From an uncultured Pseudomonadota bacterium (GTDB taxonomy: Bacteria; Pseudomonadota; Alphaproteobacteria; Rhizobiales; Beijerinckiaceae): a stretch of DNA of 64,000 bases. The translations under genes were made by a program, and so were the position numbers. Shown piece after piece: positions 60,099 to 64,000 of the stretch (position 1 is its first letter; every line of letters begins with the position of its first letter). The notes under the pieces were generated by a model. The model worked only from the letters and a program-made list of their open reading frames with translations, searched no databases and was not told where the DNA came from. Where the stretch lies: contig CAVQBX010000057.1 of assembly GCA_963710855.1 (NCBI GenBank), positions 11,169 through 75,168 of the forward strand, written 5' to 3'.

Positions 60099-62807
60099 TC
60101 AGACGAACCTTAGATCGGCGCCTGTCAAAGTCGGCAAGCTCGCATCCGTGAGCGTTATCGAGTCCGATGCGTCAACCCTGATCACCACGTTCGAACCGCT
60201 CTGCGACATCGCAGGGACAGGTCCCGCGGAGAGGACCCCGGCGCCGGATGTTTCGATGAGCAACGTATCGTGGTTGGCGCCGGCGACATCGAAATCCTTT
60301 ATCGTCACATTGCCGAAGTGTCCGCCGAACGCGAGCAGATCCCCTGCCGAGGCGACGATGTCGCCGTCGATGACCCCGGTGTCGGTCAGAGAATTGCCGT
60401 CGCCGAGATTGACCCCGCCCGTCATGCGGCCGGAATTGTCGAGCGCGCTCATCGGACCCGCGAAGGTCACAGCCCCGGAGATGTCGCCGGAGTTCGTCAG
60501 CGTGACGCCGCCCGCGCCAAGCAAAACCGCGCCGTCGATGAGGCCGCTGTTGTCGATCGACCCGATCCGGCCCGTGCTGAATACCGCAAAGCCGTGCACG
60601 CCGTTGCCGATCGTGCCGGTATTGTGAATTGTCGTGATCGTGCCGATGTTGTCGAGACCGAGGCCGGCCGCGCCGCCGGGCGACCCGCCGCCCCCGTTTC
60701 CGCCAAGGATCGCGCCTTGATTGTTGAGCGTCGTGATCGTGCCGGCATTGAACACGCCATCGCCTCCGGCGCCGCCAGTATTGCCTGATCCCCCCTTCCC
60801 GCCAGTGATTTTTGCGCCGCTGAAGTTGGTGAGCGTCGTGATGAGGCCGCCAGCGATGTTTGAAATGGCGGCGCCGCCCGCCCCGCCGCTGGCCGTCCCG
60901 AAGCCGGTCGCTCCGTTCCCGCCGGCGCCGCCGGTGATGGCGCCGGAATTGTGCAGCGTGGTGATCGTGCCGGCGTTGCTCACGCCGATGCCGCCCGAGC
61001 CTCCGGCGCCTGCGCCGCCACCCGAGCCGAAGCCGAACCCGCCTACGCCGCCAACGATGGTCCCGCCCGCCTTGTTGTTCAACAACTTGAAGGTCTCGGA
61101 GCTATCGTTCATCAGGCCGGCGCCGGCGGCGCTGCCGAACAAACCGTTTCCGCCCGATCCGCCGGTGATTGTTCCGGTGTTGGTGAGCGCGCTGGTAATC
61201 GCGCCGTAGTTTGAGATTGCAGAGCCGCCAATGCCCGAGGTGCCCTCGCCGGCGCCGCCGGTGATTGTCCCCGAGTTGGTCAAAATCGCGATCGAACCTG
61301 TATTGCGCACGCCGACGTCGGCCGTCAACTCGGCGGCTGAGCCGCCTTTGATCGCGCCCGCATTGTTGAGCGTCGTGATTGTCCCGCCGTTCGCCACGCC
61401 AACTCCGCCGCCGTCGTGGGTGCCGCCGCCGCCGCCGAATATGGTCGCGCCGAGCTTGTTGTTGAGAAGATCAATCGAACCGCCCGAAGCGTTGTATACG
61501 CCGGCGCCTCCGGGACCGCCGATATTGAAGGGTGGTGGGATGGACGAGGCGCTGCCGCCGCCTCCACCGGCGATGGCGCCGGTGTTGACGAGCGTCGTGA
61601 TCGTCCCCGTGTTGGAGACGCCCGCGCCGCCGCCGCCGCCGAAGCCGGAAGTCTCGCCGCCTGCGTTGCCGCCGAATCCGCCGGTGATCTTACCGCTGTT
61701 GTTCAATGTCATGATGGAGCCGGCGTTGGCGAGAGCGGCGCCGCCGCCGCCTCCATAGCCCTCGCTCTTGCCGGCCGCGCCTCCCACGCCGCCGGCCCCG
61801 CCTTTCAGCGTCCCGGTGTTGGTGAGCGTCGAGATCTTGCCAGCGTTGCTTACGCCGATGCCGCCCCCGCCGCCCGAGGCGGCGACGCCGCTGGTCGTGC
61901 CGGATCCGCCCCGGCCGCCCGCGCCGCCTGAGATGGTTCCGCCGTTGGCGAGCGTCGTTATGGTGGCCGAGTTCGCAACGCCGACGCCGCCGGCGCCACC
62001 TGTGAACGCCGGGCGGCTGGTGGTCCCGGCTCGCCCCGCCATACCGGCCCCGCCGTCGATGGCTCCCGAACTCCCCGTGGCGAGGCGGCCGATATTTCCG
62101 CCTGACGAATTCGAAATCCCGGCGCCGCCGCGGGAGCCGCCGCCGCCGCGGATCGTCCCGCTGTCCGAGATCGTCGTAATCGCGCCCGTGTTTGCAATCC
62201 CACTCGCGCCTCCGCCGAACAGGACGCTGCCGCCCGAGATCGTCCCGCCATTGGTCAGCACCGTAATGGCGCCCGAGTTGATGACGCCCGCGCTGCCGCT
62301 GCCGTAGGTGGCGCCGCCGCCGGCGATCGTCCCCTCGTTGTGGAAGCCGCTTCCGCTGACGCTTGCCGAGCCGATGTTCCCGGAATTGACGATGGCGGCG
62401 CCGCCGAAGCTGGCGTTGCCATTCTTGCCACCGGCGCCGCCGCTGATCGAGCCCTTGTTGGTCAGCGTAGTGATCGTGCCGCTGTTGCCGATGCCGACGC
62501 CGCCGGTCCCGGCCTCGAGGGAAGACGAGAAGGCGCCGAAGCTGCCGCCGGCCCCGCCGGCGATCGTCGCATTGTTGATCAACGACGTAATGGTCTGAGC
62601 GTTCTGCACGGCGACGCCGCCGGCTGCGAACGAGTTGGAGCCGACGCTGCCAAGGATCGACCCGTTGTTCAAAAGCGTGGTGATGTTGGCGCTGAGCGCC
62701 GCTATGCCCGTCGGATCGCCGTTGATGACGCCCGTGCCGGTGACGGTGATCGCGTCGCCGTTGCTGGAAATGGGTCCGGTGACGACTGTGCTGATTGTCC
62801 GATTCAT
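60099..62807 (-). CDS. 902-aa Gly/Thr/Asn-rich repeat protein, probable T1SS-secreted surface protein
   Basis: SD GGAAGGAG; many GGxGVxNxGTITTLxNxGTIxGG units; C-terminal VTIKDFD...HDTL...DSITL...DLRFV; no signal peptide. Confidence 0.85.
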   Translation of the reverse strand: MNRTISTVVTGPISSNGDAITVTGTGVINGDPTGIAALSANITTLLNNGSILGSVGSNSFAAGGVAVQNAQTITSLINNATIAGGAGGSFGAFSSSLEAGTGGVGIGNSGTITTLTNKGSISGGAGGKNGNASFGGAAIVNSGNIGSASVSGSGFHNEGTIAGGGATYGSGSAGVINSGAITVLTNGGTISGGSVLFGGGASGIANTGAITTISDSGTIRGGGGSRGGAGISNSSGGNIGRLATGSSGAIDGGAGMAGRAGTTSRPAFTGGAGGVGVANSATITTLANGGTISGGAGGRGGSGTTSGVAASGGGGGIGVSNAGKISTLTNTGTLKGGAGGVGGAAGKSEGYGGGGGAALANAGSIMTLNNSGKITGGFGGNAGGETSGFGGGGGAGVSNTGTITTLVNTGAIAGGGGGSASSIPPPFNIGGPGGAGVYNASGGSIDLLNNKLGATIFGGGGGTHDGGGVGVANGGTITTLNNAGAIKGGSAAELTADVGVRNTGSIAILTNSGTITGGAGEGTSGIGGSAISNYGAITSALTNTGTITGGSGGNGLFGSAAGAGLMNDSSETFKLLNNKAGGTIVGGVGGFGFGSGGGAGAGGSGGIGVSNAGTITTLHNSGAITGGAGGNGATGFGTASGGAGGAAISNIAGGLITTLTNFSGAKITGGKGGSGNTGGAGGDGVFNAGTITTLNNQGAILGGNGGGGSPGGAAGLGLDNIGTITTIHNTGTIGNGVHGFAVFSTGRIGSIDNSGLIDGAVLLGAGGVTLTNSGDISGAVTFAGPMSALDNSGRMTGGVNLGDGNSLTDTGVIDGDIVASAGDLLAFGGHFGNVTIKDFDVAGANHDTLLIETSGAGVLSAGPVPAMSQSGSNVVIRVDASDSITLTDASLPTLTGADLRFV

Positions 62808-63055
62808 GATCGTGCTCCTTCCCGCCGATCGCAGGAGCGATCAGGCTGGTCCGTTCTCACACTCACAAGTCGCAAAATTAGCGCTTGTAAAAGCCAACCG
62901 TATTCAAATGCGCCGTGTGCAATATTGCCTGCGTCGCCACAGGCCAATTCCCGCTCATTCTTCGCGGGACCAAGATTTGAAACCCGTCGTGCGCGGGAGT
63001 CAATCGCGAATTTTCTGATGCGTGGCGGCGGTTTCCCCCGCGCTCGGCGACGCGG

Positions 63056-64000
63056 CTACGGCGCCTCGGCCCCTTCGGGCAAAGCCCGCGCCTTCATCGC
63101 CTTGGCGGCCATGGTGTAGCCGCCGCCGGCGCCGTCGACGAAATGGATGTGGCGCATGGTGTCGCCGGGGGCGATGGGCTTCGTGCTGCCGAGCGCCTCC
63201 TTCGTCGGCACGAAGCAGGTCAGCAGGGCGTTCGATTGCCGGAACGTGCCGTAGCGCGCGAAGTCCCCCGCCGCCGCGAGACGGCGCTCGAGTTCGTCGG
63301 CGAATTGCGGCGAGCAGTCGAGCGTCATGCGCAATCCGTCGTCGAACTTGCGGAAATCGGCGTTGGTCGTGATGCTCGCCATATAGGCGTTCATGTCGAA
63401 GTCGCCGGCCTTGAGTTTTGTGCGATAGGCGAGGTAGCCGACGCCATAGAGCAAGGCCGCCTTTGCCCGCGCCAGCCAGCGGGCTCCGCCCGCGGAGTAA
63501 AGACTCACCCCCTCATAGGCGATCGCCTGCGCCGCCGGCCCCGGCTGCAGCGCCTCCATCGTCACCGGCCGGCCCGAACCCTCGGCCGCCGCGACGAAAC
63601 GCACGATGTCGGCGAGCAAGGCGGCATAGCGCGGATCCTCGCCGCGCGGCGCGACGATGACGGACAAGATGAGGCCATATCTGGCGGGCGCGAGACCCCA
63701 GCGGCAGGAAAGTCCGGAAAGGTCGGGACGCACACCGGCGGCGGCGCGAGGCAGAAGGAAGCGTCCGCTCTTCGCTTGCGTCTCGAACCAGCTCAGGCCC
63801 CCGCCGGAGAACATCGCATAGACGCAGTCGGGCGAGGCTTCGTAGCGGGTCACGCGTACATCGCCGCCAGAAGCCCGGATCGTCGCGACCGGCGCGGTCG
63901 CCACCCGCAACTGCAGTCCGACCTCGTCCTCGGCATAGCCGGCCATCGCCTGGAGCGCCTTGGCGGCGGCTTCGCCATACGCGGCGGGGACGGCAAAACT
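63056..64000 (-). CDS. DUF3095 family (adenylate cyclase-like) protein, 5' truncated
   Basis: AMFSGGG, PDLSGLSCRW, NADFRKFDDGLRMTLDC, HIHFVDGAGGGY. Confidence 0.88.
   Translation of the reverse strand, partial: SFAVPAAYGEAAAKALQAMAGYAEDEVGLQLRVATAPVATIRASGGDVRVTRYEASPDCVYAMFSGGGLSWFETQAKSGRFLLPRAAAGVRPDLSGLSCRWGLAPARYGLILSVIVAPRGEDPRYAALLADIVRFVAAAEGSGRPVTMEALQPGPAAQAIAYEGVSLYSAGGARWLARAKAALLYGVGYLAYRTKLKAGDFDMNAYMASITTNADFRKFDDGLRMTLDCSPQFADELERRLAAAGDFARYGTFRQSNALLTCFVPTKEALGSTKPIAPGDTMRHIHFVDGAGGGYTMAAKAMKARALPEGAEAP

Noticed and set aside
60721-63018. Proline-rich plus-strand ORFs
   Set aside because: Antisense of the Gly codons in the 902-aa gene.

Overview
High-GC alphaproteobacterial DNA; a Hyphomicrobiales/Rhizobiales origin is inferred from gene content and intergenic repeat types, and the genus cannot be fixed from sequence alone. 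Positions 1-49.4 kb are an almost complete anoxygenic photosynthesis gene cluster (PGC) for a type II reaction centre. It contains crtEF-bchCXYZ-pufQBALMC (-), crtDC (+), bchIDO-crtIB plus a 49-aa membrane ORF (-), an inserted SOUL heme-binding gene (+), bchFNBHLM-lhaA-puhABC-bciE-acsF-puhE-hemA-DUF3422 (-), ppsR1-bchG-pucC-bchP-tspO-hypothetical-aerR (+), and a far-red sensing module ppsR2-bphP(RpBphP1 type)-bphO (-). About a dozen PpsR-type operators can be read directly, most of them the TGT-N12-ACG variant. The rest of the window holds a class I aldolase, a HAD hydrolase, two acyl-CoA ligases, a nested REP/MITE/IS481 structure, a methyltransferase-GT8 pair, a PheC-like binding protein, a 902-aa Gly-rich putative T1SS substrate and a partial DUF3095 gene. 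Most genes are broken by single-base indels that also hit housekeeping genes. This is most likely long-read consensus error, so gene coordinates were rebuilt by hand across frames and are approximate. The least explained features are two non-coding loci (13.2-13.7 kb and 51.2-51.65 kb) built from the same modules. No rRNA, tRNA or CRISPR array was found.
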